Positions 18,371 through 27,269 of a DNA stretch of 64,000 nt are shown here, piece after piece. The notes under the pieces are model-generated. The model saw nothing but the letters and a program-made list of their open reading frames with translations, searched no databases and had not been told where the DNA came from. Within the stretch, counting starts at the first letter, position 1; each line of letters starts with the position of its first letter. A program made the translations under genes and the position numbers. This DNA is from Candidatus Nealsonbacteria bacterium (lineage in GTDB: Bacteria; Patescibacteriota; Minisyncoccia; Minisyncoccales; RBG-13-42-11): NCBI GenBank assembly GCA_026396115.1, contig JAPLXL010000004.1, positions 19,805-83,804 on the forward strand. Reading direction: 5' to 3'.

Positions 18371-19869
18371 TTTATTTTATTTTAATTTTTTGGTTTTTAA
18401 TTTTTATTAAACTTTTGTTTTTTTGGCTTTGGATTTGGCAACTGAAAGAATATCATATTGGCCGTTTTCTGGCTCATTTTGAAACCCAGGCAGCCAAAAA
18501 AATTCTTTCCAGTTTTTGGCGATTAAAATACCCAAAATTTACCAAAAAAATTATAGTTATCTCATTTACTAGCGTTCTTTTGGCAGCTTTATTGTCGTTT
18601 TTTCTTTCTGCATCTCTTGTTCTTTTTTTTATTGTTTTAGCTCCTTTGATTTTTTCTTTAATTGTTTTGATTTTTCAGATACCAACTCTTATTTGGCGAA
18701 AAAGATTATTGAAAAAAGCCAGAGAAAAACGGCAAAGCTTTAAAAATCTTTTGGTTATCGGCATTACTGGTTCTTATGGCAAAAGCTCAACCAAGGAATT
18801 TTTAGCCACAATTCTGTCTGAAAAGTATAAAGTTTTGAAAACGAAAAAAAATCAAAATTCGGAAGTAGGAATTTCCCAATGTATTTTAAATGATTTAAAA
18901 CCTGAGCATGAAATTTTTGTTTGCGAGATGGGTGCTTACAATAGAGGAGGGATAAAACTATTGTGCGACATTGCCAGACCCAAAATTGGAATTTTAACCG
19001 GGATAAGCGAACAGCATATGTCAACCTTCGGCTCGCAAGAAAATATTATTAAGACAAAATATGAATTAATTGAAAGTCTGCCGCAAGATGGTTTGGCTAT
19101 TTTAAATGGCGATAATGACTATTGTTATGAACTTTTCAAAAAAACCATCAATTCAAAAAGGATTTATAGTTCCCAGCCCACCATTGCTAATTTCCCTACC
19201 GATATTTACACGAGCAGTGTAGCCGTAAACAGAGAGTTTTTGAGTTTCAAAGTTTTAGATAAAAGCGGGGAATCAGCGATTTTTAAAGTAAGCCTTTCGG
19301 GAGGTCATAATGTTTTAAATATTTTAGCTGCTGTTTGTTGTGCCAGAGAATTAGGAATGACCCTTGAAGAAATTGCCCTGGCTTCGCAAAAAATCGAAAG
19401 CTGGCAATCGGGAATGCAACTCAAAAAAGGGATAAATGGTTTAAATATCATTGATGCTACTTATTCAGCCAATCCTGACGGAGTTTTATCGCATTTAGAA
19501 TATTTAAAAATCTGGCCTGGGAAAAGAATAATTATTATGCCTTGTTTAATTGAATTAGGTGATGCGACAATCGAAGTTCATAAAAGAATAGGGGAAAAGA
19601 TTGGCGAAATTTGTGACTTGTCTATAATTACTACCCGGGAGCGATTTCAAGAAATAGGAGAGGGAGCGATAGAAAAAGGAATGAAAGGAGAAAACATTTT
19701 ATTTATTGAAAACCCAAAAGAAATTTTTGAAAAAGTTAGAAGTTTTTGCCGCGAGAGCGAAGAGGATAAATCCTCTTCTTCCCCCTTTGCTGTCGCTCGG
19801 AAGGGCGATGTAATTCTTTTGGAGAGCAGAGTGCCGAAAGAAGTCATTGAGTCATTGAGTCTATGTTAA
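18367..19869 (+). CDS. murF: UDP-MurNAc-tripeptide--D-Ala-D-Ala ligase (MurF) with N-terminal membrane extension
   Basis: Mur ligase P-loop GITGSYGKSST, central and C-terminal Mur ligase domains; about 115 aa of TM helices at N-terminus; one repeat insert near C-terminus. Confidence 0.8.
   Translation: MIYFILIFWFLIFIKLLFFWLWIWQLKEYHIGRFLAHFETQAAKKILSSFWRLKYPKFTKKIIVISFTSVLLAALLSFFLSASLVLFFIVLAPLIFSLIVLIFQIPTLIWRKRLLKKAREKRQSFKNLLVIGITGSYGKSSTKEFLATILSEKYKVLKTKKNQNSEVGISQCILNDLKPEHEIFVCEMGAYNRGGIKLLCDIARPKIGILTGISEQHMSTFGSQENIIKTKYELIESLPQDGLAILNGDNDYCYELFKKTINSKRIYSSQPTIANFPTDIYTSSVAVNREFLSFKVLDKSGESAIFKVSLSGGHNVLNILAAVCCARELGMTLEEIALASQKIESWQSGMQLKKGINGLNIIDATYSANPDGVLSHLEYLKIWPGKRIIIMPCLIELGDATIEVHKRIGEKIGEICDLSIITTRERFQEIGEGAIEKGMKGENILFIENPKEIFEKVRSFCRESEEDKSSSSPFAVARKGDVILLESRVPKEVIESLSLC
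19755..19800 (+). repeat. GCPE repeat, short form, in frame in murF
   Basis: GAGCGAAGAGGAtaaaTCCTCTTCTTCCCCCTTTGCTGTCGCTCGG, read as SEEDKSSSSPFAVAR. Confidence 0.88.
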
Positions 19870-21269
19870 AGCCGATTTCAATATCTTTATCGCCCAATAC
19901 GGAAAAAGACGATATTCTTTTAACTTTTAAATTACTTTTCCAGCCTTGGCGCTGGAAAAAAGAACGCAACGAGAACAATTCTCGTTGTATTGAATTGGAA
20001 GAAGAATTTAAAAAATATTTAAGCGCAAAATACGCAATTGCGTTTAACAGCGGCCGGTCGGCGCTGATGGCGATTTTGAATTCGTTGGAGTTAAACCAAG
20101 ACGACGAAATTTTGCTGCAGGCATTTACCTGCAATGCAACAGCTAATCCAATTATTTGGTCCGGCTTAAAGCCGGTTTATGTAGATTGCGATGAAAGGAC
20201 TTTCAATATTGATATTGAAGATTTAAAAAGAAAAATTACGCCAAAGAGTAGAGCGGTGATGGTTCAACACACTTTTGGATTAGCAGTAAATTTAGACGAA
20301 ATTTTAGAAATTTGCCGTCAGGGCGAAGAAGATAAATCTTCTTCTTCCACCGAGCTTCCGCAAGAAGCGAAGGTAAAGAAGAAGGCGGAGCCTTCTTCGC
20401 CACACAACGCTAAAGCTCGGGAAAACAATTTAATTTTAATTGAAGACTGTGCTCACTCGCTTGGCGCCGAATACAAGGGCAGAAAAGTGGGGACTTTTGG
20501 CAGAGCAGCTTTTTTTAGTTTTTCAAGGGATAAAGTTATTTCTTCTGTTTATGGCGGAATGGCTGTAACCAACGATGATGAAGTAGCGAAAAAACTTCGA
20601 GAATATCAAGAAAAAATAGGTTTTCCCTCTTACTGCTGGATTTTTCAGCAATTGTTGCATCCGGTTTTAATGAATTGGTTGATTTTACCCACTTATAAGA
20701 TTTTCGGGAAATATCTTTTAATTTTATTTCAACGGCTTCAGATTTTATCAAAAGCAGTTCACTGGAGAGAGAAAAGGGGATTAAGACCAGGTTATTTTCC
20801 AAAAGGTCTTTGCAATGCTTTAGCGGTTTTGGCCCTTAATCAATTTAAAAAATTAGAAAGATTTAATAATCACCGGAAAGAAATTGCTGAAATTTACCGT
20901 AAAGAATTAAAAGAGGAGGCAAAGCCTTCTTCGCTCACCCGAGCGACAGCGAAGGGGGAAGAAGAGGATTTATCCTCTTTGCTCGAATTGCCTCAAGAAA
21001 AAGAACAAATTTATTTAAGGTTTGCAGTAAAACATCCAAAAGCTCATGAGATTATCAAAAAAGCTTGGCAGAAAAATATTTTAATAGGAGATTGGTATAC
21101 AAGCCCGATTGCTCCTCACGATACGAAACTAAATAAGCTTCAATATCAGTTGGGAAGTTGCCCAAAAGCTGAAAAGCTTTCAAGAGAAACCTTTAATCTG
21201 CCGACCCACATAAACATTTCTCAAAGAGAAGCCAAAAAAATTATTGGTTTTTTAGAATCATGGAAGTAA
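19863..21269 (+). CDS. DegT/DnrJ/EryC1/StrS-family aminotransferase (two repeat inserts)
   Basis: Family-typical blocks (AFNSGRSAL, VMVQHTFG, SFSRDK with PLP Lys); about 100 aa longer than usual because of two repeat clusters. Confidence 0.8.
   Translation: MLKPISISLSPNTEKDDILLTFKLLFQPWRWKKERNENNSRCIELEEEFKKYLSAKYAIAFNSGRSALMAILNSLELNQDDEILLQAFTCNATANPIIWSGLKPVYVDCDERTFNIDIEDLKRKITPKSRAVMVQHTFGLAVNLDEILEICRQGEEDKSSSSTELPQEAKVKKKAEPSSPHNAKARENNLILIEDCAHSLGAEYKGRKVGTFGRAAFFSFSRDKVISSVYGGMAVTNDDEVAKKLREYQEKIGFPSYCWIFQQLLHPVLMNWLILPTYKIFGKYLLILFQRLQILSKAVHWREKRGLRPGYFPKGLCNALAVLALNQFKKLERFNNHRKEIAEIYRKELKEEAKPSSLTRATAKGEEEDLSSLLELPQEKEQIYLRFAVKHPKAHEIIKKAWQKNILIGDWYTSPIAPHDTKLNKLQYQLGSCPKAEKLSRETFNLPTHINISQREAKKIIGFLESWK
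20321..20422 (+). repeat. GCPE nested composite, in frame in DegT gene
   Basis: Forward SL1 GGCGAAGAAGAtaaaTCTTCTTCTTCC, then a reverse full copy ACCGAGCTTCCgcaaGAAGCGAAGGTAAAGAAGAAGGCggaGCCTTCTTCGCC, then forward tail ACACAACGCTAAAGCTCGGGA. Confidence 0.8.
20912..20982 (-). repeat. GCPE repeat, short form (reverse) plus extra SL1-like hairpin, in frame in DegT gene
   Basis: AGAGGAGGCaaaGCCTTCTTCGCTCACCCGAGCGACAGCGAAGGGGGAAGAAGAGGAtttaTCCTCTTTGC, read as TRATAKGEEEDLSS. Confidence 0.8.
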
Positions 21270-22294
21270 AGAAAATTAAAGATAAAAAAATTTGGGAAGA
21301 TTTTCTTTTAAAATGTAAGGAGAAAACATTTTTGCAGTCTTGGAATTGGGGGGAGTTTCAAGAAAAGATGGAAAATAAAATTTGGCGATTAGGTATATAT
21401 GATAACGGAGAACTAGTATCTCTTATTTTAGTGTCAAAGATTTTCGCCAAACGAGGAACTTTTATTTTAATTCAGCACGGCCCAAACATCAATGAACAAG
21501 GAACAAAGAACAGGGAACAAATTTTAGCAACACTATTAGATAAGCTTAAAAAAATTGCCAAAAAAGAAAAAGTAAGCTTCATTAGAATGGTTTCTTTATG
21601 GAAGAGAAATGAAGAAAATGAAGAAATTTTTAAGAATTTGGGATTTAGGCCGGCTCCGATGCACGCCAGCGCCTATGAGGCAACCTTGAAGCTTGATCTC
21701 TCGCCATCAGAAGAAGAGCTTTTGAAGAATATGCGAAAAACCACCCGTTATCTTATTCGCCAGGCTTTAAAAGATGCCGGTCTTGAAATTTTAAAGAGCG
21801 ACAGAATAGAAGATGTGGAACTTTATAATAAACTTAATCAGGAGGTTGCCGGCTACCAGCAATTTGTTCCTTTTTCTTTGCAATTTGTCAAAAATGAATT
21901 TAATGTTTTGGCAAAAGACAATCAGGCTTTATTATTTTTTGGAAAATATCAGGAAAAGATTATTGCTTCAGCCTTGGTTGTTTTTTGGTCTAACATCGGT
22001 TTTTATCACCAGGCTGCCTTATCTCCAAAATACCATAAGATTCCAATCGCTTACCTTTTACAATGGGAAGCAATAAAAGAAGCAAAAAAGCGAGGATGTA
22101 TTTTATACGACTTTTGGGGATATGTTAACCCAAAAGAGAACGCCGAGCATCCTTGGGCAGGCCCCACCTTATTTAAGATGGGTTTTGGCGGGAAACCTTA
22201 TGAGTATGTTAAAACCCAAGATTTTCCTTTGTCAAAAAAATATTGGCTAACTTTTATTTTTGAAAAATTAAGAAAAATCAAAAGAGGACTTTAG
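21260..22294 (+). CDS. FemAB-family peptidoglycan peptide-bridge aminoacyltransferase
   Basis: 344 aa; FLQSWNWGEF N-terminal block and twin GNAT-like halves typical of FemX/FemAB (recall). Confidence 0.72.
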   Translation: MEVKKIKDKKIWEDFLLKCKEKTFLQSWNWGEFQEKMENKIWRLGIYDNGELVSLILVSKIFAKRGTFILIQHGPNINEQGTKNREQILATLLDKLKKIAKKEKVSFIRMVSLWKRNEENEEIFKNLGFRPAPMHASAYEATLKLDLSPSEEELLKNMRKTTRYLIRQALKDAGLEILKSDRIEDVELYNKLNQEVAGYQQFVPFSLQFVKNEFNVLAKDNQALLFFGKYQEKIIASALVVFWSNIGFYHQAALSPKYHKIPIAYLLQWEAIKEAKKRGCILYDFWGYVNPKENAEHPWAGPTLFKMGFGGKPYEYVKTQDFPLSKKYWLTFIFEKLRKIKRGL

Positions 22295-22332
22295 TACTGT
22301 AGACCGCTCTATGGTACTGTTTTAAAATTTTC

Positions 22333-23238
22333 ATGGTTAGAGGATATAGAAAACCCCATAGATTTAAAAAAAGAAAACCGATTTATCGCAATCGTTTTTT
22401 TTGGTCGGCGATTTTAATTTTAATTTTTTTCTCCTCTTTTTTTTATTTTCTGTTTTTCACGGAGTTTTTTCAGGTTGAAAAAATCAACATTGTCGGCCTG
22501 GAGCAGGTTTCGGAAGAGCAATTAAATTTATCAATTAAAGACAAATTGGGAAATAGAATTTTATTTTTTCCTACCAGAAATATTTTTTTGCTGGATTTGA
22601 ATAAAATAAAAGAAGATATTTTGGAAAAAATCCACCGCATAGCCAAAATTGAAATTCGCCGTAATTTTCCAGATAGTTTAAATGTTTTAGTTACGGAAAG
22701 GAAAATTATAGCAACCTTTTGCCAGGAGGGCGAAGAAGATAAATCTTCTTCTTTACCCTTCGTTGCGACTCGGGAGGTCAATTGTTTTGCCTTAGACAAG
22801 GAAGGTATTGTTTTTGAAGAAAAACCAATCGATCGTACCATTCAGCCGTTGATAAAGGCTTTAATTTCTGCCGATGAAATAAGCCTGGGGAAAAAAGTAA
22901 TTGAAAAAGAGGACTTAATTTCGATATTAGAAATAAATTCTCAGCTTAAGGAAGATTTAAATATTCCGGTCAAAGAATTTATCATTTCCTCCAAAACCGA
23001 GCTTCCGTTTACGGAAGCGAATGTAGATAAGAGAACTTCATTCTCTTCGATAGAAAAATTAATAGCTGTAACTCAAGATGGTTGGGAGCTTTATTTTGAT
23101 CTTCAAGAGGACGTAAAATGGCAATTAACAAAACTAAAAGCGCTTTTGGAAGAAAAAATCTCGGAGGAGCAAAGAAAGGATTTGGAGTACATTGAGCTAA
23201 GGTTTGGCAATTTTGCCAACCCAAAATATAAAGATTAA
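22333..23238 (+). CDS. ftsQ: Cell division protein FtsQ/DivIB-like (POTRA domain)
   Basis: N-terminal TM helix, POTRA-like block (VEKINIVGLEQVSEEQL..VLVTERK); two repeat inserts. Confidence 0.68.
   Translation: MVRGYRKPHRFKKRKPIYRNRFFWSAILILIFFSSFFYFLFFTEFFQVEKINIVGLEQVSEEQLNLSIKDKLGNRILFFPTRNIFLLDLNKIKEDILEKIHRIAKIEIRRNFPDSLNVLVTERKIIATFCQEGEEDKSSSLPFVATREVNCFALDKEGIVFEEKPIDRTIQPLIKALISADEISLGKKVIEKEDLISILEINSQLKEDLNIPVKEFIISSKTELPFTEANVDKRTSFSSIEKLIAVTQDGWELYFDLQEDVKWQLTKLKALLEEKISEEQRKDLEYIELRFGNFANPKYKD
22728..22775 (+). repeat. GCPE repeat, short form, in frame in ftsQ
   Basis: GGGCGAAGAAGAtaaaTCTTCTTCTTTACCCTTCGTTGCGACTCGGGA, read as GEEDKSSSLPFVATRE. Confidence 0.88.
22996..23050 (-). 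repeat. GCPE repeat, full form, in frame in ftsQ
   Basis: ACCGAGCTTCCgtttaCGGAAGCGAATGTAGATAAGAGAACttcaTTCTCTTCGA. Confidence 0.8.
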
Positions 23239-23273
23239 CTCCACACCACTTTTACTATAATTGGTTGTTAGTA

Positions 23274-23324
23274 GTCGAAGAGATAAATCTCTTCTTCATC
23301 TTCGCTTCCTTCGGAAGCTCGATA
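23274..23324 (+). repeat. GCPE repeat, full form (first of head-to-tail pair)
   Basis: GTCGAAGAGATaaATCTCTTCTTCATCTTC-GCTTCCttcGGAAGC-TCGATA. Confidence 0.9.
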
Positions 23325-23370
23325 GTCGAAGAGATAAATTTCTTCTCTACCCTTCATTGTCATTCGGGTA
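23325..23370 (+). repeat. GCPE repeat, CATTGTCATTCGG-tail variant (second of pair)
   Basis: GTCGAAGAGATAAATTTCTTCTCTACCCTTCATTGTCATTCGGGTA. Confidence 0.8.
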
Positions 23371-23378
23371 AAAAAAGA

Positions 23379-23408
23379 GGGTGTCAAAGTACATTTGACA
23401 CCTTTTTT
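23379..23408. terminator. Bidirectional intrinsic terminator between ftsQ (+) and lipoprotein gene (-)
   Basis: GGTGTCAAAgtacaTTTGACACC flanked by A-run upstream and TTTTTT downstream. Confidence 0.7.
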
Positions 23409-23428
23409 AAATTTTTTTTACCACCAAT

Positions 23429-23950
23429 TTACCACCCCAAATACTTTTTCCACAGAACCATGACTGATTTTGTTGGAGCATCATTAGAAGCGGCACAAAA
23501 CCACATTTCCACTTCTCCCATGTCGTTCTGTTCTTCGCCAAGCCAGTAAACCATAGAATAACAGTCGCCATGTGGATCATAATCGCGCCAACGCGGTGGC
23601 CCCAGAACTTGTTCAATTTCATCAAAACTCATACCAACTTGAACTCCTAGAACCTTTCCACCCGGAAATAGCTCTAGGTTGTTAACCACCTTTTCATCTC
23701 CGGCGAAAATGAAAGAAATGTTTTTCTCGCGATAATACAGAAATTCGCCGCCTGGACCGGGGATCGTGCCACGAATATCCGGCTCCCCGTATAGTTCCAT
23801 GATATCTTCCAATTGCTTCCCCAAGTACTGTAACACCTGATCGTCGTAGAAGGAAGCGTCTTTCTCAATTGGACCGCAACCCAAAAAGGAACTCAGTAGC
23901 AAAAACACAAGCACAATTGCCAAAAGCACAATTGCCAAACTTGATTTCAT
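23429..23950 (-). CDS. Putative lipoprotein
   Basis: Signal peptide ending in lipobox-like FLGC; GGAGAGG Shine-Dalgarno-like motif upstream of ATG; 173 aa. Confidence 0.6.
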   Translation of the reverse strand: MKSSLAIVLLAIVLVFLLLSSFLGCGPIEKDASFYDDQVLQYLGKQLEDIMELYGEPDIRGTIPGPGGEFLYYREKNISFIFAGDEKVVNNLELFPGGKVLGVQVGMSFDEIEQVLGPPRWRDYDPHGDCYSMVYWLGEEQNDMGEVEMWFCAASNDAPTKSVMVLWKKYLGW

Positions 23951-24096
23951 TCTTCTTCACCTCTCCCTATATAATTTTAAAAAAACTATCTTTATAGTCT
24001 TTATAGAATAGAATAAGTTTAGTAATATTTCTCTAAAGAGTCAAGCTTTTTCAGAATGTGTCTGAACATATACGTTTGTTTTAAATACAAACAAAA

Positions 24097-25581
24097 TTAT
24101 TGAACTTGGTATTCGGTAACAATAATCCAACCCCGATAGTCATAAACATCCTGAAAGCCTTTCTCTCTTAGTTTTAGCCAATTTCCAGGCACCGCCGGCT
24201 GATAATTCCCAAAACCAGTGGTATTAATTAACCAAACTGTCTCACCTATTTTAACTTCTTGATTAAAATCTTTAATTAAATCTGCCGGAGAAAGTAAAGC
24301 CGTACCAGAAAAATGGGGGAGATCGCCAGTAACATAAAGTTTTGGTTCAATTCCAGTTTGGTTATAGTATTTAAAAGTAAAATAAACAAAGGAAGAGCCA
24401 ACATAAATTTTTTCTCCTGTGCTGACTATCTGATTTAGATAATTAGTTGTTTCGGCCATGCCGGGTTTTTTTTCAACTTTTAAATTTGACCAACGAATCG
24501 GAAAAGAAATTAAACTGCCAAAAATAGCAATTAAAATTAAAATATTTCTCAACTTTTTATTTTGAATTCCTAAAATGGCCCCCGCCATTAAGGTTAAATA
24601 AAAGGGGAGAGCAAAAATAAAATAACGGTCAAGATAAATTGAGGTCTTAAAAGAAAAAGCGGTAGCGCCCAAAAAGGGAACAATAAGCATTAAAAAAATT
24701 AACCATTTAGCAGACCCCCCTAGTTTTTTAAGAGAGAAAAATAAGGCAAGAACAATGCCAATCATTAAAATAATCAGCAGATAACCAAATCTTACCGTAT
24801 CAATCGCGTCGCCAGTGGTTAATTTCAAAAAAGTGGCTGGCACTGACCAAATATTTAATGGCGGGATCCAATAACTTTCCTGGACTTGTCTCATCTGACT
24901 TAAAAAGGTTTTTAACCAGGGAAGATAAGAAATGACGACTAAAATATAGCTTGCTAATCCCAATTGGAAATTTCTGTTTTTCAACCAGTTAGCAAAATTA
25001 AATTTCGCCTCTCTAAATACCCAAAAAACGAGAAATAACGCCTGAGCCAGAATTGAAAAGAAAATATAATAATGCGTGTAAAGGCCGAAGCTTACCGAGA
25101 GAGCATAAAGGAGCCACCAACTCCATTTTTTATTTTTCAAGGCTTTGAGAAGGAAAAAGCTAGAAAGGACAACTAGAAAAATTCCCAAAGTGAACATTCT
25201 AGCCTCAATAACAAACTGGATAAAAAAGGAATTAAAAGCAAGCAAAATTGAAGAAAAGAGAGCCAGTTTCTGATTTTTGAAGACCTCTTTCAAAAACAAA
25301 TAGAGGACAATTACCGTTGAAACGCCAAAGAAAACACTGAATAGTCTCAGTGTAAATAAAGTATTACCTAAAATCATCGCCCAGCCCTTCAAAAGAAGGT
25401 AATAAAGCGGAGGATGAACATCTAAACCTATTCGATACATCATTTCTTTTAAATTATATTGTGGCAAAAGACCAGAAAAGGCCTCGTCATGCCACAAAGC
25501 CATATCGGTGAGAATAGAAATTTCGTAAGCGGTAATTACTAATAAAACTAAAAATAGTAAAATTGAATTTTTATTTTTCAT
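24097..25581 (-). CDS. Polytopic glycosyltransferase, GT39/ArnT-PMT-like
   Basis: 494 aa, more than 10 TM helices, WHDEAF loop motif near N-terminus, soluble C-terminal domain; paralog upstream. Confidence 0.72.
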   Translation of the reverse strand: MKNKNSILLFLVLLVITAYEISILTDMALWHDEAFSGLLPQYNLKEMMYRIGLDVHPPLYYLLLKGWAMILGNTLFTLRLFSVFFGVSTVIVLYLFLKEVFKNQKLALFSSILLAFNSFFIQFVIEARMFTLGIFLVVLSSFFLLKALKNKKWSWWLLYALSVSFGLYTHYYIFFSILAQALFLVFWVFREAKFNFANWLKNRNFQLGLASYILVVISYLPWLKTFLSQMRQVQESYWIPPLNIWSVPATFLKLTTGDAIDTVRFGYLLIILMIGIVLALFFSLKKLGGSAKWLIFLMLIVPFLGATAFSFKTSIYLDRYFIFALPFYLTLMAGAILGIQNKKLRNILILIAIFGSLISFPIRWSNLKVEKKPGMAETTNYLNQIVSTGEKIYVGSSFVYFTFKYYNQTGIEPKLYVTGDLPHFSGTALLSPADLIKDFNQEVKIGETVWLINTTGFGNYQPAVPGNWLKLREKGFQDVYDYRGWIIVTEYQVQ

Positions 25582-27121
25582 AAATCCTCATTATTTCTTG
25601 ATTAAATTGATTAAATTCTTTTTTAATAAGTTTGGTTTCCGGATGATAGAGCTCGAATTTTTTAGTATCAAAAATGGTCGATTGGGTGAAAACAATTTGA
25701 TCACCCAGTTTTAATTGAGTTTGATAACTAGTAGCTGGATCAACTAAAATATAAGGTTGCTGATATCTGGCAGTTAAAAATTCCGGCGTCTGGACCGAAT
25801 ATTTATCTAAAACCAAATAAGTTTTTTCTTTAAGATCTCTTTCATTAAGATAATTACTTACCACTGTTAAGTCCGAACGATAAGCATAATAAAAATCTGG
25901 AGAATTAGCACTAATGCCGAAATAAAGATAAAAATCATAAAGCAAACCAGTTAATAAAATCAACCCTAAAAATACGCTCCAAAAGATTTTCAAATTCATT
26001 TTTCGCCAAGAATAATCAATCATTAGAGCTGGAAAGAAAAAGACCACCGGCATTGCTCCGATCGCTCTTAAACCATGGGGAATGGCTTCGGCGCTCATTA
26101 ATTCTGGCCCCAGCATTCCCAAAAACCAAATAATTAAAACTAAATATTTTAAATAATCTTGGCAATTCGATTGTTTTAAAAATCTTTTCAAAATAATCAA
26201 AAGAGAATAAAGAAAGCCAAAAGCGAAAAAAGTAGCCACCCAGGGATTGAGCATACCAAAACCAGAAACATTGTGTCGCCAATTAAGGTCTCCCTCGGTA
26301 AAAAACATCAAAAAAGTTTTCTTTGAAACTTCTAAAAAAGTACCAAATAAATCTCCTTTATTTTGATCGGGATTAAAAATAGAGACATAACCAGCTCGAC
26401 CAATAAAAGAATCGGGATGATTGATAAAATAAATAATTAAAGGAAGCAAAATTAAAATCATCACGACAAAGCCAATTACCATTTCACGCCAGAATAATTT
26501 AAAAAGATGGCGTTTCCAAAGGGCTATCAAAATTAAAATTAAGAGCAAAATTGGCACCATTGCTCGGAAAGAAATATAAGTATAAAATCCTAATCCTAAA
26601 CTCAGACCGGCTAAAACCGTAAATAATTTCCGTTTTTTCTCAGAATTTTCTTTTAAGACAAGATAGGCAAAATAAAAAAACAAAGTGGCAAAAAGAGGCA
26701 CTAAAATTGCCCGAAAACCGGTGCGAGAAAGAGTGGTATGCCAGGTCGAGGTAGCTAAGAAAAAAGCAGTAAAAAAAGCCACCCGCTGATTAAATAAATT
26801 TTTCGCTAAAAAATAGGTGGTTAAAACCGTAGCGATACCGATTAAAGCCGAAACTAAATGCATCTGCCAAACACCAATTCCGAAAAGAAAAACACTTAAG
26901 GCTTGTAAATAAAAAAACAAAGCCTCTCGGCCTAAACCTCTTTCAAAAAAAGGACTATGCTGGCCCTGGAATATTGAAAGAATATCCAAACCATTAGCTG
27001 CTTCATCAGGGAAAAGCCCGGCTGGAAGACTATCTAATTGCCATAATCTAAAGAAAGAAGCTATTGTTAAAATGATTAATAAAAATAAAAGATTTTTGTT
27101 TTTTCCCAGAAAATTAGCCAT
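25571..27121 (-). CDS. Polytopic glycosyltransferase, GT39/ArnT-PMT-like
   Basis: 516 aa, more than 10 TM helices, FPDEAANG loop motif; 11-nt overlap with the downstream paralog. Confidence 0.72.
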   Translation of the reverse strand: MANFLGKNKNLLFLLIILTIASFFRLWQLDSLPAGLFPDEAANGLDILSIFQGQHSPFFERGLGREALFFYLQALSVFLFGIGVWQMHLVSALIGIATVLTTYFLAKNLFNQRVAFFTAFFLATSTWHTTLSRTGFRAILVPLFATLFFYFAYLVLKENSEKKRKLFTVLAGLSLGLGFYTYISFRAMVPILLLILILIALWKRHLFKLFWREMVIGFVVMILILLPLIIYFINHPDSFIGRAGYVSIFNPDQNKGDLFGTFLEVSKKTFLMFFTEGDLNWRHNVSGFGMLNPWVATFFAFGFLYSLLIILKRFLKQSNCQDYLKYLVLIIWFLGMLGPELMSAEAIPHGLRAIGAMPVVFFFPALMIDYSWRKMNLKIFWSVFLGLILLTGLLYDFYLYFGISANSPDFYYAYRSDLTVVSNYLNERDLKEKTYLVLDKYSVQTPEFLTARYQQPYILVDPATSYQTQLKLGDQIVFTQSTIFDTKKFELYHPETKLIKKEFNQFNQEIMRIYEK

Positions 27122-27216
27122 TAAAATATTTTAGCATATATAGATAAAAAACAAGACTACAACCCGCCCGAAGCTGGCTCCCGCTCGCTTCGCTCGCGGG
27201 GCCCCTATTACTTTGG

Positions 27217-27243
27217 TTATCACTCGAAGGTCTTGACTGCTAA
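27217..27243 (+). promoter_or_regulatory. CIRCE-like HrcA operator
   Basis: TTATCACTC-gaaggtctt-GACTGCTAA versus consensus TTAGCACTC-N9-GAGTGCTAA; overlaps the -35 box. Confidence 0.75.
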
Positions 27244-27261
27244 TTTTGGTCTTGCTATAAT
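27233..27261 (+). promoter_or_regulatory. Sigma70-type promoter of hrcA-grpE-dnaK-dnaJ
   Basis: TTGACT (27233-27238) - 17 nt - TATAAT (27256-27261), 8 nt before the hrcA ATG region. Confidence 0.75.
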
Positions 27262-27269
27262 GAATATTG

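Noticed and set aside
23429-23950. Lipoprotein gene as a horizontally acquired island, based on higher GC
   Set aside because: Hand counts gave about 43% GC in one 60-nt sample of the gene versus about 38% in one sample of the neighbouring gene. That is too small and too crude a difference to support a transfer claim.
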